Positions 17,209-25,951 of a DNA stretch of 64,000 nucleotides are shown piece by piece. Each line of letters opens with the position of its first letter. Position 1 is the first letter of the stretch. The notes beneath the pieces were generated by a model. The model did no database searches. It was not told the origin of the DNA and was given only the letters and a program-made list of their open reading frames with translations. The position numbers and the translations under genes are program-made. This DNA is from Candidatus Pacearchaeota archaeon (GTDB taxonomy: Archaea > Nanobdellota > Nanobdellia > Pacearchaeales > JAPDKA01), in assembly GCA_038817835.1 (NCBI GenBank), contig JAWAZI010000001.1:44948-108947 (forward strand), in the 5' to 3' direction.

Positions 17209-18489
17209 ATGGCAGAAAAACCAAATTTAAATGTAGTATTTGTTGGACATGTTGATCATGGAAAATCTACTACAGTTGGTAGAATACTTTATGAAATTGG
17301 AGTGTTTAGCGAACAAGAATTAAAAAAAATGAAAGAGGTTGCAGAAAAACTTGGAAAAGCAGGTTTTGAATTTGCTTTTGTTATGGATAGATTAAAAGAA
17401 GAAAGAGAGAGAGGTTTAACAATTGATTTAGCTTATAGAAAAATTATAACTAAGAAATATCAAATAACAATCATTGATGCACCTGGCCATAAAGACTTTG
17501 TTAAAAATATGATTACTGGAGCAAGTCAAGCTGATGCAGCATTTTTAGTTGTAGCTGCAAGTGAAGGAGTTATGCCACAAACTAAAGAGCATATACTTTT
17601 ATGTAAAACTATGGGTGTTGATCAGATGGCAGTTATAATAAATAAGATGGATGTAGTAAATTATGATGAGAAAAAATTTAATGAAGTAAAAGCTGCAGTA
17701 TCAAAAGAACTTCAAATAGCAGGATATAAGCTTGATAAAATCAATTTTATTCCAGCAAGTTCATATTATGGAGAGAATGTAACAAAGAAAAGTGAAAAAA
17801 TGCCATGGTATAAGGGGCCATGTGTTTTAGAACAATTTGATTTATTTGAAGAACCAAAGAAACCAGTAGATATGCCATTAAGAATGCCTATACAAGAAGT
17901 TTATAGTATAACTGGTGTTGGGACTGTTCCTGTAGGAAAAATAGTAACAGGAAAAATGAAACCTGGAGATAAGGTTATTGTTCTACCAGCAAGAACTGGA
18001 AAAGGAATAGTTGGAGAAGTTAAAACCATAGAAATGCATCATCAACAATTGAATGAAGCTATTGCTGGTGATAATATAGGAGTAAATATTAGAGGAGTAG
18101 GAAAACAAGATATTGATAGAGGAGATGTAATTGCCCATGTTGATAATCCACCAAGTGTAGTTGAAGAATTTATAGCACAAATTATTGTAATAAATCATCC
18201 AACAGTAATTGCAGTTGGATATACTCCTGTTTTACATGTACATACAGCTCAAGTTCCAGTAAGATTTGAAGCATTATTGAAGAAAATAGATCCAAGAACA
18301 GGATCTGTATTGCAAGAAAATCCAGAATTTTTGAGGAATGGTGATATAGCTATAGTAAAACTTAAACCAATAAAACCATTAGTAATAGAAACTCAAAAAA
18401 CAAATCCATATATGAGTAGATTTGCGATAAGAGATGCTGGAAGGACAGTAGCTGCAGGAATGTGTATAGAAATAACACCTAAAAAATAA
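17209..18489 (+). CDS. tuf: translation elongation factor 1-alpha (aEF-1A)
   Basis: [18 protein letters not shown], full three-domain length of 426 aa. Confidence 0.97.
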   Translation: MAEKPNLNVVFVGHVDHGKSTTVGRILYEIGVFSEQELKKMKEVAEKLGKAGFEFAFVMDRLKEERERGLTIDLAYRKIITKKYQITIIDAPGHKDFVKNMITGASQADAAFLVVAASEGVMPQTKEHILLCKTMGVDQMAVIINKMDVVNYDEKKFNEVKAAVSKELQIAGYKLDKINFIPASSYYGENVTKKSEKMPWYKGPCVLEQFDLFEEPKKPVDMPLRMPIQEVYSITGVGTVPVGKIVTGKMKPGDKVIVLPARTGKGIVGEVKTIEMHHQQLNEAIAGDNIGVNIRGVGKQDIDRGDVIAHVDNPPSVVEEFIAQIIVINHPTVIAVGYTPVLHVHTAQVPVRFEALLKKIDPRTGSVLQENPEFLRNGDIAIVKLKPIKPLVIETQKTNPYMSRFAIRDAGRTVAAGMCIEITPKK

Positions 18490-18491
18490 TT

Positions 18492-18800
18492 TTATTCTTC
18501 TTTCATCTTTATTTCTATATTTACACTTCTTGGTATATGAAGATGAATAATATGATGTAATAATTTTTCATCTACCGGTACATCGATAAGTCTTTTATAT
18601 ACTCTCATTTCAAATCTATCATAAGTTTCAGTCCCATTTCCACAAGGACTTCTTCTAACTACAACTTTAAATCTTTTTGTTGGTAAAGGAACAGGCCCTC
18701 TAATAACTATTCCTTGTTTTTTTGCTATTTCCTTTATAGCTTCAACTACTTCATTTAAATCATCAATATTTACACTTGCAAGTTTTATTCTTGCTATCAT
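18492..18800 (-). CDS. rps10: ribosomal protein uS10
   Basis: ARIKL...GPVPLPTKRFKVVVRRSPCGNGTETYDRFEMRVYKRLID. Confidence 0.95.
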   Translation of the reverse strand: MIARIKLASVNIDDLNEVVEAIKEIAKKQGIVIRGPVPLPTKRFKVVVRRSPCGNGTETYDRFEMRVYKRLIDVPVDEKLLHHIIHLHIPRSVNIEIKMKEE

Positions 18801-18825
18801 CTTTTATTTATATAGTTAAAATTTT

Positions 18826-19368
18826 TTAAATTTTTTCTTTAATTTCTATTTCGATTTTTGGTTTACATGGAATTTTTGGGAATATCATTCTATAAATATT
18901 TTTAACAATATCTACATATTGTTTATTTGTTGCAACTAAAAATACAGGTTTACCTGGCTTTACTACAGCAGCATTACCAACTACAGAACCAAAAGCAAGT
19001 TGCATTCCAGTTTGTAATCTGTCTGCTCCAGCTCCAGTTAACATTTTATTTTCTCTTAATACTTGATGTGGATAAACCATTAAAGAAAAATAAAAATTAT
19101 TTTTTCCAATTTTCTTTTCTAAATGTCTTAAAATTGTTTTTCTTGCAGCTTCTAAAGCATTTTCTCTAATTTGAACATGTTTAGTACTTTTTAACCAAAT
19201 ATAGCAATTAAATTTTTTTTTGTTAAAATCTTCAACGTTTCCCATTACAAATTTTCCTATTTTTGTAGGTAACCAACCCTTTATATAGTTTAATTCTCTT
19301 TTTTTACTTTTTCTAGTATAAGCAGGGCTTCTTGGATGTGTAAATGGTGTTGCTCTTTTTATTACCAT
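18826..19368 (-). CDS. rpl10e: ribosomal protein uL16 (L10e)
   Basis: YPHQVLRENKMLTGAGADRLQTGMQLAFG is the hallmark L10e block. Confidence 0.9.
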   Translation of the reverse strand: MVIKRATPFTHPRSPAYTRKSKKRELNYIKGWLPTKIGKFVMGNVEDFNKKKFNCYIWLKSTKHVQIRENALEAARKTILRHLEKKIGKNNFYFSLMVYPHQVLRENKMLTGAGADRLQTGMQLAFGSVVGNAAVVKPGKPVFLVATNKQYVDIVKNIYRMIFPKIPCKPKIEIEIKEKI

Positions 19369-19369
19369 T

Positions 19370-19639
19370 TTAACCTATAATTTTAACTTTACTTCCTAAT
19401 ACTTGTCCAGGCAAACCTTTATTAAAATGAGCAAGTAAAGTAGTTTTATTTCCATGAAATCTCTTTATAATTCCTTCTATTATTTTTTTCTTTTTTCCTT
19501 TACTTTCCCAAATAACTTTCTTTCCAATTAATTTTTTTAATTCTTCTTTGCTTAATCCTTCTACAACTAATAAAAATTGTCTAGGCCTATAAGTATGTTT
19601 TCCTCTTCTAAAATTTGCAACTATTGCTTCAATTTCCAT
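19370..19639 (-). CDS. rpl35ae: ribosomal protein eL33 (L35Ae)
   Basis: ANFRRGKHTYRPRQFLLVVEG...GKKVIW...GIIKRFHGNKTTLLAHF. Confidence 0.85.
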   Translation of the reverse strand: MEIEAIVANFRRGKHTYRPRQFLLVVEGLSKEELKKLIGKKVIWESKGKKKKIIEGIIKRFHGNKTTLLAHFNKGLPGQVLGSKVKIIG

Positions 19640-19687
19640 AACTTTATTTTTATTTAAACTTTTTAAATTTTTTTTAATTTAATAAAA

Positions 19688-20377
19688 ATGAAAATTGCAA
19701 TAATCTCTGATATTCATAGCAATTTTATAGCTTTAAAAGAAGTTTTAAGAAAAATTAAGAAAAAGAAAATAAAGAAAATATTTTGTGCTGGTGATATAAT
19801 AGGGTATGCAAGTATGCCAAATGAATGTATAAAAGAATTAATAAAAAATAATATAAAAAGTATTTATGGCAATCACGAATTTGTTTTATTAAATTTTCAA
19901 TATGCTAATTTGCTAAATTATCAAGCTTTAAAAGCTTTAATATGGCATAAAGAAAATTTAGAAAATTTTGCTTGGAGATGGATAAAAAAATTAAAAGAAA
20001 AATTAATTTTAAAAATAGGAAGTAAAAAAATAATGATTTTTCATGGGAGTCCTGAAAATTGTTTTGAATATATTTGGCCAGACACTTCAAAAGAAATTTT
20101 TGAATATTGGTTAAAAAAATATAATGTTGATATTTTAATTTTTGGTCATACTCATATTCCTTTCATAAAAAATATTAATTCTAAGCTTGTAATAAATCCT
20201 GGCTCTATTGGACAACCAAGAGATGGAAATAATAAAGCAAGTTTTTGTATAATTGATTTAGAAAATTTAGAAGCAAAAATATTTAGAAAAATTTATGATA
20301 TAAATAAAATAGCAGAAGATATAAAACAAAAAGGACTTCCAAGAATTTTTGCAGATAGGCTTTATTTAGGGAAATAA
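19688..20377 (+). CDS. metallophosphoesterase (YfcE/MJ0936-like)
   Basis: Calcineurin-like motifs ISDIHSN, GDIIGY, GNHE, GHTH, PGSIGQPRDG. Confidence 0.8.
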   Translation: MKIAIISDIHSNFIALKEVLRKIKKKKIKKIFCAGDIIGYASMPNECIKELIKNNIKSIYGNHEFVLLNFQYANLLNYQALKALIWHKENLENFAWRWIKKLKEKLILKIGSKKIMIFHGSPENCFEYIWPDTSKEIFEYWLKKYNVDILIFGHTHIPFIKNINSKLVINPGSIGQPRDGNNKASFCIIDLENLEAKIFRKIYDINKIAEDIKQKGLPRIFADRLYLGK

Positions 20378-20776
20378 TTATTTTTTCTTTTTTTCATAAT
20401 TTTTAATAGCATTTAATAATGCTTCTCTTCCTAAGAGAGAGCAATGAAATTTTTCTTTTGGTAAACCACCTAGGGCTTTAACAATTTTATTATTATTTAT
20501 TTTTTTTGCTTCATCTAGGCTTTTTCCTTTTACCATTTCTGTTAAAATGCTTGATACTGCAATTGCAGCAGCACAACCTAAAGTTTCAAATTTTATATCC
20601 TTAATATATTCTTCATTTTTTTTTCTTTTTTTTCTTTTTCCAATTTTTATATAAATATACATTACATCTCCACAAACAGGATTTCCTGCTTTTCCTATTC
20701 CATCTGGATTTTTTATTTTTCCCATATTTTTTGGTTTTAAAAAATGTTGCATAACTTTTTTGCTATAAATTGGCAT
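20378..20776 (-). CDS. iscU: Fe-S cluster assembly scaffold IscU/NifU-like
   Basis: NPVCGDVM, LGCAAAIAVSS, KFHCSLL give three conserved Cys in U-type scaffold context. Confidence 0.85.
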   Translation of the reverse strand: MPIYSKKVMQHFLKPKNMGKIKNPDGIGKAGNPVCGDVMYIYIKIGKRKKRKKNEEYIKDIKFETLGCAAAIAVSSILTEMVKGKSLDEAKKINNNKIVKALGGLPKEKFHCSLLGREALLNAIKNYEKKKK

Positions 20777-20781
20777 TTTAA

Positions 20782-21942
20782 TTATTTATATGGACTTATT
20801 CTTTGCAATTTCTTTATTGCATTTGGTAAAATAGTAAGAAAATAATTAATTTCCTCTTGAGTTGTTAACATTCCTAAAGTTATTCTTAAACTGCCATGTG
20901 CTTCACTCGGTTTTAAACCAATTGCAATTAAAACATGGCTAGGCTTAAGGCTTTTTTCGCTACATGCACTTCCAGTACTTGTGGCTATACCATATTCATT
21001 CAATGTTAAAACAAGTGCTTCTCCTTCTATTCCATAAAAACTGAAATTAGCATTATTGAAGATTCTATTTTTTGGCCAATCTCCATTAAGTTTAACTTTA
21101 ATAAAATCATAATCCAAAACTTCTCTAATAATTTTATCTCTTAATTTTTCTTCCCTTTTACTTTCTTCTTCAAGATCTTTATAGCATAATTCAAGTGCTT
21201 TACTAAAACCAATAATGCCTGGAACATTTTCTGTAGAACTTCTTAAACCAAATTCTTGTCCTCCACCATGAAGTAATGCATCAATCTTTATTCCTTCTCT
21301 CTTATAAAGTAAACCAATTCCCTTTGGTCCATAAACTTTATGGCTACTACCAGATAGCATATCTATTCCAAGTTTTTTAACATTAATTTTTAATTTTCCT
21401 AATGCTTGTACAGCATCTGTATGAAAGCATATCCCTTTTTCATTACAAATTTTTGCAATTTCTTTTATAAGCTGGATTGTACCAATTTCATTATTAACAG
21501 TCATTACACTAACTAATATAGTATCTTTTCTAATTTTTTTCTCTAAATCTTCAATCTTTACTATTCCTTTATTATCAACATTAATGTAATCTATCTCAAA
21601 CCCAAATTTTTTTAACCAATTTGCTGCATTTATTACTGCTTTATGCTCTATTGAGCTTATTAAAATATGCTTACCTTTTTGTCTATTAGCTAAAGCAAAT
21701 CCTTTTATTGCTAGATTATCAGATTCTGTTCCACTACTAGTAAAGATAATTTCATTAGAATTTGCATTAATGAATGATGCAATTTTTTCTCTTGATTTTT
21801 CAATTGCTTCTCTTGCTTCTTGTCCATAACTATGCAAACTATTAGGATTTCCAAATTTTTTTGAGAAATAAGGAAGCATAGCTTTTATAACTTCTTTATG
21901 CACAGGAGTTGTTGCTGCATAATCTAAATAAACCTTTTTCAT
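20782..21942 (-). CDS. iscS: cysteine desulfurase (IscS/NifS class I)
   Basis: YLDYAATTP, HTDAVQA, SSHKVYGPKGIG (PLP Lys), STGSACS (catalytic Cys loop). Confidence 0.92.
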   Translation of the reverse strand: MKKVYLDYAATTPVHKEVIKAMLPYFSKKFGNPNSLHSYGQEAREAIEKSREKIASFINANSNEIIFTSSGTESDNLAIKGFALANRQKGKHILISSIEHKAVINAANWLKKFGFEIDYINVDNKGIVKIEDLEKKIRKDTILVSVMTVNNEIGTIQLIKEIAKICNEKGICFHTDAVQALGKLKINVKKLGIDMLSGSSHKVYGPKGIGLLYKREGIKIDALLHGGGQEFGLRSSTENVPGIIGFSKALELCYKDLEEESKREEKLRDKIIREVLDYDFIKVKLNGDWPKNRIFNNANFSFYGIEGEALVLTLNEYGIATSTGSACSEKSLKPSHVLIAIGLKPSEAHGSLRITLGMLTTQEEINYFLTILPNAIKKLQRISPYK

Positions 21943-21966
21943 TAAAGATAATAAAAATAATTATTT

Positions 21967-23202
21967 TTAAGATTTTGTATAAATTTTAAAAGTTTGATAT
22001 TTTTCTTTTAATTTATTTATAATATCTTTTGAATTTAAATTACCAAATAAACCATTAAATTCATTAAATATTTTACAATATCCTTTTTTTGTTTTGAATG
22101 TTGTAGGCTCTATGCATGTTCCTTCTCTATAACATAAAGGGCCAATATTATCTATATTATATTTTTTTAATTTTTCAAATATTGGTAAGCCAATAGAATT
22201 TCTTATTTCCCATTGAGAACTTCCACATGCTCTTACTTGAGAAATTTTTATTATGCTATTGCCACATCCATATAATTTTCCTCTTGCTTTCTGACCCAAT
22301 AACAAATAATAAACAAAATTCGAATCACCTATTTCCATCAATTCTTTTTGTTTTTTATGAATTTTTTTTGCAAAATTTTTGTATAAATATATTAATTCTT
22401 CATCAAAAGAAGGAGGTATAACAAATTCAGCATCTTCTACTATTTTATTAAATGGTTGAATAATTGTTAAATTTAATCTTTGTCTAACTAACTGAGCAAA
22501 CATTGCTAAACTTCCAGAAATGTTTGCATATAAATATATCGAGTTTATATCTTTATCTTTAATTTTAATCTCAATTTTATCTTTCTCATTTTTCCAATAT
22601 CCATATATTCTCCACTCACTTGGCAATTTTTCATCTAGAATTGGTATGTCCTTTTGTTTAACAATTTCTTCTATTTTGTTTCCAATTTCTTGAAATTCAT
22701 CTAATTTTATTTTTTTAAAAGCTGAAGCCAATTTTTGATAATATCTAATAGGTGATGAAAAAATCAATCTTGTTAAAGTAGCTTCAGGCAATAAATATCT
22801 TGCATCTTGCTCTTTTATTCCTTTTTCTATAGCTTTATTATAAATTTCTTTTGCTTCATAGAATAATTCATCTTCAAAAACAAATCTTTCAGGCTTAACA
22901 ATTCTAAAGGAAGCTTCTATACCACAACCAAAAATTTCATTTAAACTATTTACATTCCTCCATAAATAAATTGCTGCTAATCTAGAAATATTATCAAAAA
23001 TTATTGCTTGATTAAAAAAATCGAGAAAAATTAAATGTTTATATTTTTCAACAATTTTATTTATAAGCTCTTTTGTTTCATTTTCATTTCTTTTTACTTC
23101 ATCATAAATTTCATCAATTGATTTTTCTAATGGTGATTGAGATATTTTCGCTGCTATACCTCTAATTATAACTTCGTTCTCTTCTAAAAATTTTATTTTC
23201 AT
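21967..23202 (-). CDS. ThyX-family (flavin-dependent thymidylate synthase)-like protein, tandem pseudo-dimeric, with degenerate RHR motif
   Basis: Two ThyX-like halves seen by eye. The QDARYLLPEATLTRLIFS and RACGSSQWEIR blocks resemble the ThyX R..LP....T and R....AQWEI blocks. The RHR...S positions read WRNVNS and RQRLNL. Adjacent to dCMP deaminase. Confidence 0.5.
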   Translation of the reverse strand: MKIKFLEENEVIIRGIAAKISQSPLEKSIDEIYDEVKRNENETKELINKIVEKYKHLIFLDFFNQAIIFDNISRLAAIYLWRNVNSLNEIFGCGIEASFRIVKPERFVFEDELFYEAKEIYNKAIEKGIKEQDARYLLPEATLTRLIFSSPIRYYQKLASAFKKIKLDEFQEIGNKIEEIVKQKDIPILDEKLPSEWRIYGYWKNEKDKIEIKIKDKDINSIYLYANISGSLAMFAQLVRQRLNLTIIQPFNKIVEDAEFVIPPSFDEELIYLYKNFAKKIHKKQKELMEIGDSNFVYYLLLGQKARGKLYGCGNSIIKISQVRACGSSQWEIRNSIGLPIFEKLKKYNIDNIGPLCYREGTCIEPTTFKTKKGYCKIFNEFNGLFGNLNSKDIINKLKEKYQTFKIYTKS

Positions 23203-24203
23203 TTTAGTTTAACTAATTTTACTCCAGCTTGTTTTAATAAATTTTCAGCATCTTTACTTAAAGAATAAGATGCATTATAATAAACTTCTTTTATTCCTGC
23301 ATTTATTATCATCTTCGCACAAAGTAAACAAGGAACAAAAGTAACATATAAAACAGCATTATTTGTGCTTATGCCATGATAAGCAGCTTGAACTATTGCA
23401 TTCTCTTCCGCATGACTACAAAAACATTCACTTAATGCTTTTCCAGATTCTTCCCATCTATAACATCTTGGACAACCTCCTTCATTACAATTTTTAATTC
23501 CTCTAGGAGTTCCATTATAGCCAGTACTTATTATTCTTCTATCTTTAACTATTACAGCCCCAACTTTTCTTTTTATACAATTACTTCTAGTTGCTACTTG
23601 TTTTGCTATACTCATAAAATAATTATCCCAATCGAATCTTTTATCTAATTTTGGAATAAAATCTTGCAGAAATCTATCAATTTTTTTATAAAAATTCTCT
23701 AGTGTAGAATCATTAATTATTTTAACCTTTGCTCTTTCTAAAACTAGATGTAATTGTTGTGCTTCAGGTTTATCACTTTTTTCTTGTTCTTCAAGTTCAA
23801 CAAATTTTTCGAAACTCATAAAACCAGCATGAGGATTTTTACAATATCTTTCATATCTTGTTTTAACATCTGCTATTATTGCTACTAAAATAAAATTTTT
23901 TTGTCTCTCTAAATAATTAAGTTCATAAATATTTCTTATACTTGATATAACCAAATGCTGTCCAAATGCTTCTTTATTAGCTTTTTCTAAAGCTAACTGA
24001 GCAAGTATTGATGGTCCATATTTTTCCCTTATTTCATTTCCTATTTTTATTAAATTTTCTCTAGTAATTTTTATATTTCTTTTTTTAGCTATATCTCTCA
24101 GAATATCGCTTAAACTTATATGATAAAAGCTTTTTTTAGTTAGATAATTTGCAAATGTATCTTTTCCTGCAGCATTTAACCCAGTAACCCCTACAATAAC
24201 CAT
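23199..24203 (-). CDS. fusion protein: N-terminal P-loop nucleotide kinase-like domain plus C-terminal dCMP deaminase
   Basis: P-loop GVTGLNAAGKDT at the N-terminus. C-terminal half has CSHAEENAI and PCLLCAKMIINAGI (the CDA zinc motifs HAE / PCxxC). Confidence 0.8.
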   Translation of the reverse strand: MVIVGVTGLNAAGKDTFANYLTKKSFYHISLSDILRDIAKKRNIKITRENLIKIGNEIREKYGPSILAQLALEKANKEAFGQHLVISSIRNIYELNYLERQKNFILVAIIADVKTRYERYCKNPHAGFMSFEKFVELEEQEKSDKPEAQQLHLVLERAKVKIINDSTLENFYKKIDRFLQDFIPKLDKRFDWDNYFMSIAKQVATRSNCIKRKVGAVIVKDRRIISTGYNGTPRGIKNCNEGGCPRCYRWEESGKALSECFCSHAEENAIVQAAYHGISTNNAVLYVTFVPCLLCAKMIINAGIKEVYYNASYSLSKDAENLLKQAGVKLVKLK

Positions 24204-24243
24204 TTAAAAATTAAAACAAAAAAATTTTTTAAATTTTTCTAAA

Positions 24244-25950
24244 CTAAATTAACTCTAACTCATCCAAATTTATCTCGAAAATTAAAGTAGGATAAAAAAG
24301 TTTGAAATTATTAAGTATTGCTGGATGGATTTCTCCTATAAAACCTATTTCTTTATTATTTACAATAATTTTAGCAACTCTCCCTTCTATGAAACTATCA
24401 TGTTTAATTTCTTCTAATTCGTAATTCAAATTAAGATTTCTAAATAAAAACTCTAAATCTTGTTTTGCATTTGTGAAAGTTATATCATTACCAATAGCTG
24501 CATATGCTAAATGAATTTCTTCTTTTATTTTTCCATTCTCCTCATTGTTTTCTATATCTTCTCCCTTCTCATTTATAACTCTTAATACATTTCCTATTTC
24601 AAATATTTTTATTGGAAGATTAACTTGTTTATTTAAACTTAAAAAATATAATAGATTTGGAAATATATAATTGCGTAATGCAGAATAATTTTGGCTTATT
24701 GGATTTGCAACTTCAACAAGTTTATATTTTTTCTTTATCATTTCTCTGAATAAAGATGGATTTATTAATATATTTGTTAAAACTTCTTCAGCAAAAGAAA
24801 TCATTATATTAGATATTTTTTTATAAATTATATGATTTTTATCTTCTTCTGCTTTTGTTACTAGCTCAAGTTTATTAATTTCTGGTTTAAATTTATTATA
24901 TCCATATGCTATAAGTAAATCTTCAATAACATCATCTTTTCCTTTTATATCATATCTATATGAAGGATAAATAAATTTAATTTTATTTGCTTCTATTGCT
25001 AAAGGAAATCTCTTTTTTATTTCTTTTAATTCAATATTAGCTAAAAATTTTTTTGCTAAATCTTTCATTTGTTTATTATTTAAAGAAAAATTAAATGCAG
25101 TATCTATATCTTTTTTTTCAATTTCTATTTCTATATTTTTAAATTGGGGGTAATATTTTTTTCCATTGGGATGATTTATTTGGACAGAATAAACTTTAAA
25201 ACCTCTTTCTAAAAAAATTCTTGCAAATATATCTAATGTATGATCTAAAAAATTTTCTTGCAAAGCTGTAACTTCAACCATTAAATTCTTTTTACCAATT
25301 TCAACTTTTCCTGAATAATTTGAATTTATTATTGGTGGAAAACTTAAAACATTTTTTTTAGAATCAATTAAAATAGGATATTTATCAAAGTTCTCCAAAA
25401 TGTAACCATATTTAATTCCTTTATCATGAACTTTTAATATTTGTTTTAAATTTAGTTCTTCTTCCATATCCAAAGGAACAAATTTTATTTCTTCTGGAAA
25501 TACTGCTTTATAAAATACTGGCCAATTAATTTTATCAAATTCATAGATGCCAATAGAAATATATTTTCTCTTTTTTCCATAATTTTCTGCTAATGCTTCT
25601 TGAACTTGAATTAAATATTTCAAAAAATTTTCATTAATATTAACTTTCTCTACAATAATTGCCCCTATATATGGTCTTATATTTATTATATTTTTATCTA
25701 CATTTATTGTAAAATTACTTTTTTTTATTCCATAATTTTTTATTTTTTTACCCATTTTTGCTTTTATTTCTCTTGCTAATATCTCTATTGCCCATAATTC
25801 TGGTCTATTCACATCTTTGAATTCTAAACTTATTTCATCTCCTTTAATTTCATAATCTATTTTAAGAAATTCTAAATATTTCTCTATATTATTTATTTTT
25901 GCTCCAACTAATTTTTCAATATCTTTTATTTTATAGCTAAATGTTGGCAT
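24244..25950 (-). CDS. pheT: phenylalanyl-tRNA synthetase beta subunit (archaeal type)
   Basis: MPTFSY... N-terminus, B3/4- and B5-like regions, 568 aa. Sits immediately downstream of pheS. Confidence 0.85.
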   Translation of the reverse strand: MPTFSYKIKDIEKLVGAKINNIEKYLEFLKIDYEIKGDEISLEFKDVNRPELWAIEILAREIKAKMGKKIKNYGIKKSNFTINVDKNIINIRPYIGAIIVEKVNINENFLKYLIQVQEALAENYGKKRKYISIGIYEFDKINWPVFYKAVFPEEIKFVPLDMEEELNLKQILKVHDKGIKYGYILENFDKYPILIDSKKNVLSFPPIINSNYSGKVEIGKKNLMVEVTALQENFLDHTLDIFARIFLERGFKVYSVQINHPNGKKYYPQFKNIEIEIEKKDIDTAFNFSLNNKQMKDLAKKFLANIELKEIKKRFPLAIEANKIKFIYPSYRYDIKGKDDVIEDLLIAYGYNKFKPEINKLELVTKAEEDKNHIIYKKISNIMISFAEEVLTNILINPSLFREMIKKKYKLVEVANPISQNYSALRNYIFPNLLYFLSLNKQVNLPIKIFEIGNVLRVINEKGEDIENNEENGKIKEEIHLAYAAIGNDITFTNAKQDLEFLFRNLNLNYELEEIKHDSFIEGRVAKIIVNNKEIGFIGEIHPAILNNFKLFYPTLIFEINLDELELI

Positions 25951-25951
25951 T

